From NCBI GenBank assembly GCA_964510005.1, contig CAZDZX010000001.1:9926-57553 (forward strand): a DNA stretch of 47,628 nucleotides, written 5' to 3'. Positions 18,027 through 28,352 of the stretch are shown here, in pieces. The first letter of the stretch is position 1. Each line of letters starts with the position of its first letter. Position numbers and translations under genes: made by a program. This DNA comes from an uncultured Pirellulaceae bacterium (GTDB taxonomy: Bacteria; Planctomycetota; Planctomycetia; Pirellulales; Pirellulaceae). Below the pieces are notes generated by a model. It saw only the letters and a program-made list of their open reading frames with translations. It made no database searches and was not told where the DNA came from.

Positions 18027-18181
18027 TCGGCTCAAAGCGGATAGTTGCGGCTCGAGACGCACGTTGTATCACCCGGAAAACACCACCGGAAGTGATAGCA
18101 GTCGCAGCAACCCACTGGGCTGCCATTGATCCAAATTCCCTGATTCGGTAAGTATTTGCTTACTCTGATTAGGAATGATCC

Positions 18182-18547
18182 ATGGACTTTGACTTCGAAA
18201 ATCTCGCTCTCTACGGCAACCTTGCCCTCACTTGGATTGGGTTTGGCACCGTCGTCGGATTGGCTGCCAAAGCAGTCATGCCTGGAAGAGACCCCGGTGG
18301 AGCGATTGCAACTGTCCTGATGGGCATTTCCGGAACCCTTATCGGATGCGCGGTCCTACAATACACCGCGACAGGCGACAAAGCCATCGAACCGATCAGC
18401 CTCCATGGATTCTTTGTGGGCTCAGCAGGCGCTTTGGCGATTCTGATTCTCTACAAAGTTCTGGGCGGCTACTGGTTCGTCGAAGGTGAATACACGACCT
18501 CTCGGCAACGAAGACGGCGACGATATCGTTCGGCATACGACGATTAA
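18182..18547 (+). CDS. GlsB/YeaQ/YmgE (transglycosylase-associated) membrane protein
   Basis: WIGFGTVVGLAAKAVMPGRDPGG and GSAGALAIL; three TMs. Confidence 0.9.
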   Translation: MDFDFENLALYGNLALTWIGFGTVVGLAAKAVMPGRDPGGAIATVLMGISGTLIGCAVLQYTATGDKAIEPISLHGFFVGSAGALAILILYKVLGGYWFVEGEYTTSRQRRRRRYRSAYDD

Positions 18548-18663
18548 CGCTGGCTGGCGGATCCAAGCGAGACGTGTCCTGAGTGAGACGTCGTGACAGA
18601 ACAGAACAGACAGAGGTGAGAAGCCCGCAGCTATGCAGGTGGACCTAGACTTGCTGGTCTCGA

Positions 18664-19719
18664 TCAGTCGATCACATCAAGCTTACGCTTGCGGCGAAGC
18701 CTTTCGCTGACCCGTTGTAGCAACCGTCGCTCTTCGACAGAGAGACTCTCTTGGCCTTCGCGGTGAAGCTTTTCCAACACCCTGTCCGCCATTTCGATTT
18801 CGCGTTGCTCAAGTTCCATCTCGTTTCGCATGCGCGTTTCTTGCTTTTCGATCAGCCAACTGGAGTACTCGGGTTCTTCATTTTCTCCGAAACCGAAGAA
18901 CGAGGAATCTGACCAAGAATCGGACAATCGATTGCCACTGGTGGCCGGTTCATGCCAATCACTGTCTTCGCGGGTGTTCTCTTGAAACGAGTATCGAGCC
19001 CCAAAATACAGGGCGATTCCACCTGAGAAGAAGAAAAACCAGATCGGTTCAACGGGGCCAACCTGATGGCTTCGCAACAACCACGACAAACCAATAAAGG
19101 ACAAAGCCACTGCAGTCCCTAGCACTTGAACAGAGGCCTCTACACGAATACGGGGCTTGTCTTGTCCGACCGCTGAAAACAGATGGCGAGTCAATTGGGC
19201 ACCATCAAACGGGAAACAAGGAATCAAGTTGACGAGTGCCAATTGGAAATTAATCCAAGTCGCAATTTCGATGAACGAGACGAGGCTGCCGCTAAAACGA
19301 TGGGGTTTTAGCGGGTGGATCAATTCAGTAAGGCTGCCTTGATCGGTCTGCAGCAATAGGGCAGCTCCAAACAAGAAAATCGTGAAATTGACCAGCGGAC
19401 CGGCAAGGTACACAAGGATTCGAAACGAATTCTTGTTCGGCAGTTCAAATCGAGAACAACCGCCCCACGGCATGAGAACGATTTCTTTGGCGCTGCCACC
19501 GATGTTGTGAACCGCAAAAACGTGTGCGAGCTCATGGATGACGATACTGGCCAGCAGAACCAAGGTCGTGACCGCAGCGGTCAGCAGCAAACCCGCGGGG
19601 AATGCGACACTGTCGACGCTAAAGATAAACGCGACAAACAGAATCAGAAGGACGTGAAAGCGAACAGGAATCCCTATCCACCGACCCAAATTCAAGCTCC
19701 ACGTAGAATTGGAATCCAT
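18664..19719 (-). CDS. M50-family site-2 membrane metalloprotease
   Basis: HELAH, LAGPLVN and NLIPCFPFDG; C-terminal 'DRVLEKLHREGQESLSVEERRLL' helical module. Confidence 0.93.
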   Translation of the reverse strand: MDSNSTWSLNLGRWIGIPVRFHVLLILFVAFIFSVDSVAFPAGLLLTAAVTTLVLLASIVIHELAHVFAVHNIGGSAKEIVLMPWGGCSRFELPNKNSFRILVYLAGPLVNFTIFLFGAALLLQTDQGSLTELIHPLKPHRFSGSLVSFIEIATWINFQLALVNLIPCFPFDGAQLTRHLFSAVGQDKPRIRVEASVQVLGTAVALSFIGLSWLLRSHQVGPVEPIWFFFFSGGIALYFGARYSFQENTREDSDWHEPATSGNRLSDSWSDSSFFGFGENEEPEYSSWLIEKQETRMRNEMELEQREIEMADRVLEKLHREGQESLSVEERRLLQRVSERLRRKRKLDVID

Positions 19720-19929
19720 CACAAAATTCGGCAACTGAGGTGAGGAGATAAAAGGGAGGGATCCACCCCTCCTTCTCGGCTAAATTGTACCGCCAAATGA
19801 CACCCATTCAACGTTCCCGATTTCATTTTGTCTGACAAAGCACGAAAGTAACGAATATTAACGGCTAATCGCATTAAGCAGGCAGCCAAATTAGCTCTAA
19901 TTGTCCCATTTTTACAGCACATGCTTCGC

Positions 19930-20976
19930 TTATCGGCTCGGACGGCGATAAAGAAGTGTCCTGATCACTTCCTCGCCAGTTTCGCTGGAGGGTCTTTGGT
20001 AGTGCCACTCCCTGTCATCCAGCGATGGTGAAAGTTCGTCCATCAATGGCCATGCTGCAAAGGGTGATCGCTGCAAAGCAAGCTCCAGTTTCGTTGAATC
20101 CATTGTCACGTTACCGGCGCGAGGCGGCATGGGACCGGCTTCAATGCGCGGACAGCCGATGAGCAAATCAGGATCGTATCCGCCAACGCGATTGACGATC
20201 TGCGCGATCTGATAGAGCGACAGGCGTCGAGGCCCGCCGGCATGATAAATCCCGCTCAAATGGCTCACGGCAACTTCCTCAATCACTTCGTTGAGGCAAT
20301 CGACGTAGGTCGGCGTGCGGACTTCATCAAAGTACAGCGTCGCGGGCCGGCCCTTGGCGAACCGCGATTGGATCCAGTCGATCGCACCGGCATGCCCGTT
20401 GAAGCTGACCCCCATGGGCAGCGAGATCCGCAGCACACAGGAATCCGGTCGTCGAGAAAGCACCAATTCCTCGGCCTGAACCATCGTTTTCCCGTAGACG
20501 GTCACCGGATCGGGAGCGTCGGTTTCGATGTAGCCCCCCTGCCCTTCTCCAGAATAAACCAGATCAATGGAAAGATGAATCAATCGAACGGGTGTTCCCT
20601 CCAACGCATCCAGCAAGCACTCAACATTCGTGACGTTCAATTTCGTCGCCATATCGGGATCGCACTCGCAGGCCTTCAGCGCACAACTTCCGCCGCAGTT
20701 AATCACGGTTTGAATCTCGCGCTCGGCCAACAGCTTTCGCAGCGCATCGGTCTCCGACAGATCGTGTCCCCAAACGCCTTCGCCCGTCAAGCGCCAGTTG
20801 CGGGTCGGACGGTGGCCGATCACGCCATCGCCATACCGTCGCCGCAGCCAGTGGAACAGATTGAATCCGGACACACCGGGAATGCCACAAACCATGACAG
20901 GCAATCGTTGTGCTGCGGATAAAATGGGAGATCGATTCAGTCCGACAGAATCAAAATCAGGAATTGGGCCGGTCAC
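19930..20976 (-). CDS. RmlD-like extended SDR protein with atypical active site
   Basis: GIPGVSG nucleotide-binding loop, HLSIDLVYSG, PVTVYGKTM, RTPTYV and GIYHAGG. Confidence 0.82.
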   Translation of the reverse strand: MTGPIPDFDSVGLNRSPILSAAQRLPVMVCGIPGVSGFNLFHWLRRRYGDGVIGHRPTRNWRLTGEGVWGHDLSETDALRKLLAEREIQTVINCGGSCALKACECDPDMATKLNVTNVECLLDALEGTPVRLIHLSIDLVYSGEGQGGYIETDAPDPVTVYGKTMVQAEELVLSRRPDSCVLRISLPMGVSFNGHAGAIDWIQSRFAKGRPATLYFDEVRTPTYVDCLNEVIEEVAVSHLSGIYHAGGPRRLSLYQIAQIVNRVGGYDPDLLIGCPRIEAGPMPPRAGNVTMDSTKLELALQRSPFAAWPLMDELSPSLDDREWHYQRPSSETGEEVIRTLLYRRPSR

Positions 20977-21043
20977 GCTGTCTCTGAATCTCCATTTGTC
21001 GTTAAAGTATGTTTTGTATCAGGTCTTTTCAATTCAATAAATC

Positions 21044-21697
21044 ATGGCTTCAGTTACCACAAAAATTTGCGGCATCACGCGCGTTGAAGACGCCATGAAC
21101 TGCGTCGACTCTGGCGCCGATGTTATGGGGCTGAACTTTTATGAAAAGGGCAAAAGGTTTATTTCTCCTGCAGCTGCCCGCTCCATCGTTGATTCGGTGG
21201 CCGGGAAAATTTCCGCCGCCGGAGTTTTCGTGAACGCGCCCCAAGACCAAATCGTCGACATCGCCAACACAGTGGGTCTGGATTTTGTTCAACTTCACGG
21301 CGATGAACAGCCCAATTTTGGGACCGACATCAAAAAGGCCCTTCCCGACGTTCAGTTAATCCGAGCGGTTCGAATTCAGGATAACAATTGGGACCAAGGG
21401 ATTGCTGAAGCGGGGCAGTGGAGAGATTGCGGCGCCGACATCATCTTACTGGATGCGGCTTCCAGTCATGCCTATGGCGGAACCGGCAAAACACTCCCAT
21501 GGCAAGTCCTCGCCGAATTATCGTTTCCGCGCCCGCTCTGGCTGGCAGGCGGTTTAACGCCTGAAAACGTAGTCCAAGCCATTGAAAGCTGCCAACCCGA
21601 TGGAGTCGACACGGCCAGTGGTGTCGAAAGCGCTCCGCGGGTCAAAGACCACCAACGGGTCCAAGAATTTGTCGCCAGAGCAAAGTCAGAGCTCTAA
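21044..21697 (+). CDS. trpF: Phosphoribosylanthranilate isomerase
   Basis: KICGIT, GVFVN, VQLHGDE, GGTGK, LAGGLTPENV and DTASGVE. Confidence 0.97.
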   Translation: MASVTTKICGITRVEDAMNCVDSGADVMGLNFYEKGKRFISPAAARSIVDSVAGKISAAGVFVNAPQDQIVDIANTVGLDFVQLHGDEQPNFGTDIKKALPDVQLIRAVRIQDNNWDQGIAEAGQWRDCGADIILLDAASSHAYGGTGKTLPWQVLAELSFPRPLWLAGGLTPENVVQAIESCQPDGVDTASGVESAPRVKDHQRVQEFVARAKSEL

Positions 21698-21722
21698 CAA
21701 ATCAGCAACCCGCCAGCACCAG

Positions 21723-23021
21723 TTAGCGTTGCACCCGAATGCTTTTGCTCATGTGAGGACTGGGAACCGTTTGGGTTCGTTTGGTTTCTGAGTCTAAACT
21801 GGCGATTGGCATGCCTTTTCCGATCACGACAATTCCCGAATCGGAAACCATCAAACCGCGGCGACGATCGAGCTCGGGATCAAATCCTATCTCAACCCCA
21901 GGCGGAATCTTGACGCCCTTATCGATGATCGCTTTGCGAATTTTCGCGTAACGACCGACCTCCACTTTGTCGAACAAAATCGAATCTTCGACGGAGGCAA
22001 AACTATTGATGCGAACTTGCGGACTGATCACGCAGCGATCCACATTGCCTCCGGAAATAATGCTGCCGGGGCAAACAATGGAATCCGTCGCCATTCCGAC
22101 CCGCCCTGAGTCTTCACCGCCAAACACAAACTTCGGTGGCGGATAAATTTCCTGATGCGTACGAATTGGCCAATCGTAGTCGTACAAGTTCAACTTGGGC
22201 TCCACACTGATCAGATCCATATTGGCTTCGTAAAACGAATCAATGGTTCCCACGTCACGCCAATAGGGCTCTCCGGATCCGCTTTCATCTTGAAACGGAA
22301 ACGAAACGACTTTGTGCGATTCGATAACAGAGGGAATAATATTTTTGCCAAAGTCCCGCGCACTGGATTTCTGATTGGCGTCGTTGAGAAGTTGCTCGTA
22401 CAAAAATCGTGACGAGAAAACATAAATCCCCATACTCGCCAGACATTGACCCGGCACACCGGGAATCGTTTTGGGGTTATCGGGTTTTTCTTCGAAACCG
22501 ACGACGCGACCGTCCGCATCGACCTGCATGACGCCAAATCCACGGGCGGCAACCGGGTCAACTTGCAAGGCGGCGATCGTTAGATCCGCTCCGGTTGCAT
22601 CGTGATGATCGACCATCGCACGATAGTTCATGCGGTAGATGTGGTCGCCCGCGAGAATCAAAACTTTTTCTGGGTTCTCTTTTTCAATCGAGTAGATGTT
22701 TTGGTAGACCGCGTCGGCTGTCCCTTGGTACCAGTGCTCGTCGATGCGTTGCTGAGGCGGCACGATGTCAATGTACTCGCCTAACTCGCGGCAAAAGAAC
22801 CGACGCCAACCTGAATTCACATGTCGGTCCAGACTGCCGGCTTTGTACTGAGTGAGCACCAAGACTTTTCTCAATCCGCTGTTGATGCAATTGGAAAGAG
22901 CAAAATCAATGATCCGATATCCACCGCCAAAAGGCACCGCAGGTTTGGCTCGGTCACGAGTAAGTGGCTCCAAGCGAGAACCTTTTCCACCGGCAAGAAT
23001 CACAGCCAACACATCGTTCAT
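21723..23021 (-). CDS. glgC: Glucose-1-phosphate adenylyltransferase
   Basis: [48 protein letters not shown] and YWRDVGT; start MNDVLAV at 23021 with an AGGA RBS. Confidence 0.98.
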   Translation of the reverse strand: MNDVLAVILAGGKGSRLEPLTRDRAKPAVPFGGGYRIIDFALSNCINSGLRKVLVLTQYKAGSLDRHVNSGWRRFFCRELGEYIDIVPPQQRIDEHWYQGTADAVYQNIYSIEKENPEKVLILAGDHIYRMNYRAMVDHHDATGADLTIAALQVDPVAARGFGVMQVDADGRVVGFEEKPDNPKTIPGVPGQCLASMGIYVFSSRFLYEQLLNDANQKSSARDFGKNIIPSVIESHKVVSFPFQDESGSGEPYWRDVGTIDSFYEANMDLISVEPKLNLYDYDWPIRTHQEIYPPPKFVFGGEDSGRVGMATDSIVCPGSIISGGNVDRCVISPQVRINSFASVEDSILFDKVEVGRYAKIRKAIIDKGVKIPPGVEIGFDPELDRRRGLMVSDSGIVVIGKGMPIASLDSETKRTQTVPSPHMSKSIRVQR

Positions 23022-23327
23022 TTCCTGCTCCGCAAAATCACCAAGACGGGCTGGCAAATTCGGCGAACCTCTTTGCCTTTTTAATAGCGTCGTCGATAAA
23101 GCACGTGGACTGCAAGGACATTTTTTAGTCCAATTCAACCACGACAATTGGGTATTTTTAAAAATCCTTTTGTCCCGATTGTATCCGTATCAGCGGTTTT
23201 CCAAAAGCAACCTAAAAAGGTTTGACCGTCCCCTGCGTCGACAGCGAAACGCAGTCCCTGCAAACTCATTTTTCGCGGCTCGCACCGATTGAAACGGCGG
23301 ACTTGACCGAAGCGCATCATCGTTGGC

Positions 23328-23612
23328 ATGGATGATTCTGCAGTTCCGACTGGCAATCGCATCCGGAATTGGATGCTGAAGCCGACAATCCTCCCAGAAA
23401 ACGTGGCCAAAGAACTGAGCCTTGCCCAAAAATCGTCATGCAAATGCCTCGGTAAACCCTTTTCAGGGCAGCATTCGCTGAAGTTCATTTCAAATCGTGC
23501 TATATTCGATTTCCAAGCGTCCTCAGTTTCGGTTCCAGAACCCGCTTCAGCGGGAATCCTCCTCCTGATCGGTGGATTTGGATTGATGCGTCGCCATCGG
23601 CGTGCAGTTTGA
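23328..23612 (+). CDS. Short ORF ending in a PEP-CTERM sorting signal (small protein or gene remnant)
   Basis: C-terminus VPEPASAGILLLIGGFGLMRRHRRAV is PEP + TM + basic tail; no signal peptide; start uncertain. Confidence 0.5.
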   Translation: MDDSAVPTGNRIRNWMLKPTILPENVAKELSLAQKSSCKCLGKPFSGQHSLKFISNRAIFDFQASSVSVPEPASAGILLLIGGFGLMRRHRRAV

Positions 23613-24421
23613 GACTGGTATTCTTAAAAGTCCTTTTCGGGAATGTAAAACTGCCTACCGAATCCCAACCGCCAAACAAGAAAACTTGGGGCAAACACAG
23701 AACCTGCTGGCAGCCCGTCTGTATCGTCATCCCAGCCCACAACGAGGAAGCGGAACTTCCACTGACGTTGCAAACGCTAAAACAGACGATAGAGACGCTG
23801 GAGTTAACCGATGCCCGGATTATTGTCGCCAATGATGACTCTTCCGACGCGACAGGCTCCATCGCGGTGGCTCATGGCTGCCAAGTCGTTGATGTGAAAC
23901 TTCGAAATATCGGGGCCGTTCGAAATGCGGGAGCCAACGCCGCGGATTCTCCTTGGCTGTTCTTTTTGGATGCGGACACTCAACTGCCTCCCGCGACACT
24001 TGCTGGCGCATTGGACCTACTGGCTCAAGGCTACGCTGGCGGGGGTGCGCACGTTTCAATTCCGGAACAACCAAAAGTCGCGTGGAAAAAATTACTGCTT
24101 TATTATGGCGTCCGGTTGCTGTGGCAGTGCATTGCCGGACGTGCTGCGGGCTGTTTCATGTTTTGCAAGAAACGTGATTTTGACGATTTTGGGGGATTCG
24201 ACGAAAAGTTCTTTGCCGCGGAAGAGTGGTTTTTCAGCGAGAGCGTGGCGAAAAGGGGGAAATTCGGTTTAGTAAGAGAACCTGTGGTGACTTCCGCCCG
24301 TAAGCTGCACCGTTACTCATTCACTGATTTGCTGCGACTGGTGACCCTGCCGATTCTAACGAGCAGAACACCTTTGCAGAGCCAAGTTGGGTTGGAGATT
24401 CTTTACGACGATGCAAGATAA
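23609..24421 (+). CDS. GT2-family glycosyltransferase
   Basis: IVIPAHNEE, DDSSDAT, RNAGA, FLDAD, GGFDE and TSARK; TTG start uncertain. Confidence 0.9.
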   Translation: MRLVFLKVLFGNVKLPTESQPPNKKTWGKHRTCWQPVCIVIPAHNEEAELPLTLQTLKQTIETLELTDARIIVANDDSSDATGSIAVAHGCQVVDVKLRNIGAVRNAGANAADSPWLFFLDADTQLPPATLAGALDLLAQGYAGGGAHVSIPEQPKVAWKKLLLYYGVRLLWQCIAGRAAGCFMFCKKRDFDDFGGFDEKFFAAEEWFFSESVAKRGKFGLVREPVVTSARKLHRYSFTDLLRLVTLPILTSRTPLQSQVGLEILYDDAR

Positions 24422-24557
24422 GGAAAGTCAAGCTATTTGTTGCCTAAAATGCCAACTTTGCAGGACTCTAATGTTGAAATTAGATGAAAGTTACGTCAAT
24501 TACTTTGAATTTTCGGCACAATAAGATACCATTGGTACTCACCTAGAGCGTGCAATC

Positions 24558-25298
24558 ATGGAAACGGCAAATATGGACAAGGCGAGGAAGGGCAGCTTAT
24601 TCGCAGCAATCTTCATTTGGTCTGCGCTAGTCTGGTCACCCACTGCTTGGTCGCAGGAAATCATTATCGACCAAAACGCGGCTGTCGCAGCCGGCGATTT
24701 TGATTGTCTGCCCTGCCTTTCCAAGCTGGGTAGTGACTGTCTTGCACTCCGCAATGCGGGTCATAACAAATGCATTGAGATGACCACTGGTGAGCTTTGG
24801 ACGTTTCTTGACAAACAAGGGCTTCAGTCCGTCAATGAGCTTTCGCTGTTCGTCGAAATCGATGAGCTTCAAAGCGACTCACAACTCAACCTCTCGTCAC
24901 TGAAAGTAGAGATTGGTTCGGGTGCTGATTTTGACATGGGCAATTCCAGCATCACGGTTCCCGGTTACAAAACGTCTGCCTCACGCCCCGAAGCCCAAAT
25001 CAGTTTTGATCTGGGCTACGACTTTATGAAGCAATACTCTGGGGACAGTACGGAACTGATTCGGTTCAACATCAAATCAGACGATAGTTCTGTCACGCCG
25101 ACTTATCTGATCTCGGCTACCAACAACCACTTCAGCCGGACCCACCTTGGGACCATCATCGCCTTTGTGATTTTTTGGGGTGCGGTCTTCCTTGGTTTGT
25201 TCCACTTCATGAAGCCCTCCGCAACTGAAGACGCGAAAATCATTCGTCTTCCGGCAACGCTTCAGAAAGATGGCGTTAGCTCTACAATGACCGGCTAA
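24558..25298 (+). CDS. Hypothetical exported, C-terminally membrane-anchored protein
   Basis: Signal peptide (AWS-QE), beta-rich middle, TM helix near the C-terminus. Confidence 0.72.
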   Translation: METANMDKARKGSLFAAIFIWSALVWSPTAWSQEIIIDQNAAVAAGDFDCLPCLSKLGSDCLALRNAGHNKCIEMTTGELWTFLDKQGLQSVNELSLFVEIDELQSDSQLNLSSLKVEIGSGADFDMGNSSITVPGYKTSASRPEAQISFDLGYDFMKQYSGDSTELIRFNIKSDDSSVTPTYLISATNNHFSRTHLGTIIAFVIFWGAVFLGLFHFMKPSATEDAKIIRLPATLQKDGVSSTMTG

Positions 25299-25399
25299 GG
25301 CGTCCGTCCATCAGCACGCCAACCATCATGGAACTCGGACCGTCACTGTGAATTTTTATCGAGTCGGGCGATTCTCAACGTAGCTGCCGTTGGAACGAT

Positions 25400-26212
25400 C
25401 TATCTTGCTTTGCCAGTTTTCCGTTGCCTTACGGCTTCGTAAAACAAGATCGCGGCGCTTGTGGAAACGTTAAGACTGTCCGAGATTCCATGCATCGGAA
25501 TGGTGATCTTTGCGTACGGTTGGTCCGTCCATGCAGCTGACAAACCTGCCGCTTCGTTGCCCAGCACGATGGCCGTCGGCCGATCGGGATCAAAACGCAT
25601 GTCAAACAGCGATGTACTCTCCTCGGACAACGCCGCCAAAAACACTTCGAACTCTCCCTCCGCCAACCACTGCTGTACCAACTCGTTGCTGGAAACACAT
25701 CCGTCCAGCGAGAAACAGGCACCCAGACTCGATCGGATCGAGTTTGGATGGTACCAATCGGTGATCGCATCGCAGACGATCAGAGCATCCAAACCCGCCC
25801 CATCCGCCGTTCGCATCATCGCGCCCAAGTTCCCCGGTTTTTCAACGGCTTCTACAATTCCGATCAGCGGAGCCCTACCGTCGGTTCGTGCGAACGACAA
25901 TTGACTGAGGTCTGACTGAGGGCGGCTGGCAGTCATGATCACGCCATCTCGTCCCCCAAAGCGAACTTTTGCAAATAGATCGGCAGGCAGCGAGTAGATG
26001 GACTTATTGAATCGAGCCAGCGAGTCGCTGAGCTCGTCAGCCGAGTCCGCATCCACGAACAGTTCATCCGGCTCAATACCGCTCTCGATCGCTCTGAGGA
26101 CTTCACGTTCCCCAAACACAACCACCCTGCCCTGTTGTTGCCGACCGCGAGAGGTATGCAGTTTCAACAGTCGCTTGATTCGCGAATTTTGCGAACTCGT
26201 TATCGGTTCCAT
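25400..26212 (-). CDS. TrmH/SpoU-family RNA 2'-O-methyltransferase
   Basis: EKPGNLGAMMRTADGAG, LGNEAAGLS and IPMHGISDSLNVS SPOUT motifs. Confidence 0.95.
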   Translation of the reverse strand: MEPITSSQNSRIKRLLKLHTSRGRQQQGRVVVFGEREVLRAIESGIEPDELFVDADSADELSDSLARFNKSIYSLPADLFAKVRFGGRDGVIMTASRPQSDLSQLSFARTDGRAPLIGIVEAVEKPGNLGAMMRTADGAGLDALIVCDAITDWYHPNSIRSSLGACFSLDGCVSSNELVQQWLAEGEFEVFLAALSEESTSLFDMRFDPDRPTAIVLGNEAAGLSAAWTDQPYAKITIPMHGISDSLNVSTSAAILFYEAVRQRKTGKAR

Positions 26213-27042
26213 AATTTACTCCGATCAAGTCTTGCGTAGCAGCCTGAAGGTAGCTCCCTCCCATCGACACATTCAATCCCAAGCCCGCCGGATTCAACAC
26301 CCTTACTGCCGCCCCCCGCAAAGCTCTTCATCAACAAGCGTTGCAAGCGGCGACCGTCCCAACCGGGGGTGTGACCGCTGACCAACACCAACGTTGGATC
26401 CGCGCACAACTGCGACGCCAAATCCAACAGGAGCTCGATATTCTGATCGAATTTCCACGTCTCTTTTTTTGTGCCACGTCCAAACGAAGGCGGGTCGGCC
26501 ACAAAAATATCGTACTGATTTCCGCGACGCAGTTCCCGATTCAGAAACGTCATGGCGTCTTCCACGATCCAGCGGATGGGCAGCTCCGCCGCTTCGTTTC
26601 GCTCTGCATTTCGTCTGGCCCAATTCACCACACTGCGAGCCGAATCGACATGCACGACTTGGGCTCCCGCTCGAGCCAACGCAATCGTTGTTCCACCGGT
26701 ATAGGCAAACAGGTTGATCGCCTTCTTACCCTTGAGCCATTGGGCATGTTCATCAATCCACTTCCAGTTCACCGCCTGTTCGGGAAACACTCCCACCTGA
26801 CCCGTCTGTGTTTGCTGTAGCTCAAACCGGATCTCGCCAAGCTGACACTCCCATGGTTCAGCCGTTGAATCCCACGATTTATCCTCCACAGAAAACGAGC
26901 CGTCGGACTTCCACCGAGACAGGGCCATCGCGGGCAACATGTTTCCGACGGAGGGACTTTCGCGCTGCACGATTCGGTTCCCAAACTGTTCCAATTTCTT
27001 GCCGGATCCAAAATCCAACAAGCGATAACCATTTTCTGACAT
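26200..27042 (-). CDS. Class I SAM-dependent methyltransferase (RlmI/RlmK-like)
   Basis: YRLLDFGSGKKLEQFG, VGVFPEQ, NLFAYTGG and DPPSFGRG; ATG at 27042 overlaps the upstream TGA. Confidence 0.92.
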   Translation of the reverse strand: MSENGYRLLDFGSGKKLEQFGNRIVQRESPSVGNMLPAMALSRWKSDGSFSVEDKSWDSTAEPWECQLGEIRFELQQTQTGQVGVFPEQAVNWKWIDEHAQWLKGKKAINLFAYTGGTTIALARAGAQVVHVDSARSVVNWARRNAERNEAAELPIRWIVEDAMTFLNRELRRGNQYDIFVADPPSFGRGTKKETWKFDQNIELLLDLASQLCADPTLVLVSGHTPGWDGRRLQRLLMKSFAGGGSKGVESGGLGIECVDGRELPSGCYARLDRSKLWNR

Positions 27043-27980
27043 CAATACCAGATCCACAGATGGGGCACTGACTGCTGCAACCGGGTGACTCCCAAATGAG
27101 TGACCGCCGTGTCTTTCAGAACCAAGCATTGCATGCGCTTCATCCGATACATCGGTAGCAGGCATTCGTCGGTAACTTTGGTTCCTTCCAGATCAACGAT
27201 TCTCGCATCCTTGAGAGCCCTCGATTTGGCGAGGACTTCATCGGTGATGGGCTGGTTCCGCAGATTGAGGCTCGGCCGATCGCGGGTCTTATTGTCGAAG
27301 CCCTGCCAATTGCGAAACCGACACCACATCAGGATGCCTTCCCAAAATGGTTTTTGAAACCACGCCAACTGCGCGTTTCCATCACGCAAAAACTGATGAC
27401 CTTTGAAGGCAAAGCCAAAATAAACGAGACACATCAAAAAGAACATCAGCAGCAAAAAGCCTCCCAGCAATCCCCCCACCACGATCAGGCAGAACGGAAA
27501 CATGAGGAACGCAAATCCCGACAACGCCACATGGCTAAACCAGACAAAGGTTTTGACGGGTACGCCCTGAGAAAAGATCTTGGAGATCCACAACATCATC
27601 CCGGCGGGTTGCATTTCCATTTCGTCCAGCGACACGTCGCGACTGGCCACGGCGAGATCGACGTAACCGCAACCCATGCATTTCGCTTGATCGTCTAAGA
27701 AATCGCCACACTTGGGACAGCGTTTGTTTCTGGCCGACGTTTTACGACGCTTCTTGGGCGCCGTGGGTGCCGCAGGCGCTGGACGGCTTGCTGCCGATCG
27801 TTGTTCATCCGCTGCCGCGGGCTGGACTGGCTTTGAAACGGAATTTAATTTCGGGACTTCACAGTCTCGGTGGCAGCGAGGGCAGGTTACCATCAAACCG
27901 GCGTCGGCCGAGTCCGCGGTCATTCGCTGACCACAAACCACAGACCCAATGGAAGTACTGCAACGGAACTCGATGAGCAT
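27042..27980 (-). CDS. Zinc-ribbon / TM / leucine-rich-repeat hypothetical protein
   Basis: MLIEFRC...C...CPRC planctomycete-type Zn ribbon, second CPKC...CMGC, two TMs, LRR-like DLEGTKVTDECL and LKDTAVTHLGV. Confidence 0.75.
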   Translation of the reverse strand: MLIEFRCSTSIGSVVCGQRMTADSADAGLMVTCPRCHRDCEVPKLNSVSKPVQPAAADEQRSAASRPAPAAPTAPKKRRKTSARNKRCPKCGDFLDDQAKCMGCGYVDLAVASRDVSLDEMEMQPAGMMLWISKIFSQGVPVKTFVWFSHVALSGFAFLMFPFCLIVVGGLLGGFLLLMFFLMCLVYFGFAFKGHQFLRDGNAQLAWFQKPFWEGILMWCRFRNWQGFDNKTRDRPSLNLRNQPITDEVLAKSRALKDARIVDLEGTKVTDECLLPMYRMKRMQCLVLKDTAVTHLGVTRLQQSVPHLWIWY

Positions 27981-28127
27981 TTTCGTTATGAGAAAGAAAT
28001 GCGGATTCTACAAAAGGTCCAGTTTAACAAGCGACCGAAAATCGATTGGCTAAAACCGACGTTTTTCGAGCATTCCCCCTCTCAGAACGGGGGGAACTGT
28101 CAAAAGAAATTGACAGGGAAAGCAAAA

Positions 28128-28198
28128 TTACCCGGCTAGGACTCGAACCTAGAATGACGGTACCAAAAACCGTAGTGTTACCATTACACCACCAGGTA
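28128..28198 (-). tRNA. tRNA-Gln(TTG)
   Basis: Reverse complement TACCTGGTGGTGTAATGGTAACACTACGGTTTTTGGTACCGTCATTCTAGGTTCGAGTCCTAGCCGGGTAA; anticodon TTG; U1:A72 pair; CCA not encoded. Confidence 0.96.
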
Positions 28199-28352
28199 TT
28201 ATGTGATGGGCGGATTTTATCAAAACCCGCCAGTTGCCAAAATAGGTCTTTCGGCAAATTTTTGGTTTTCCTTGACCACGAGACATTTTGCCCGATTTTA
28301 GGGTTTCCCGGTCAAAGCCCCCATTGCCAGAGCCCGCCTGACTGGGGCGGCC

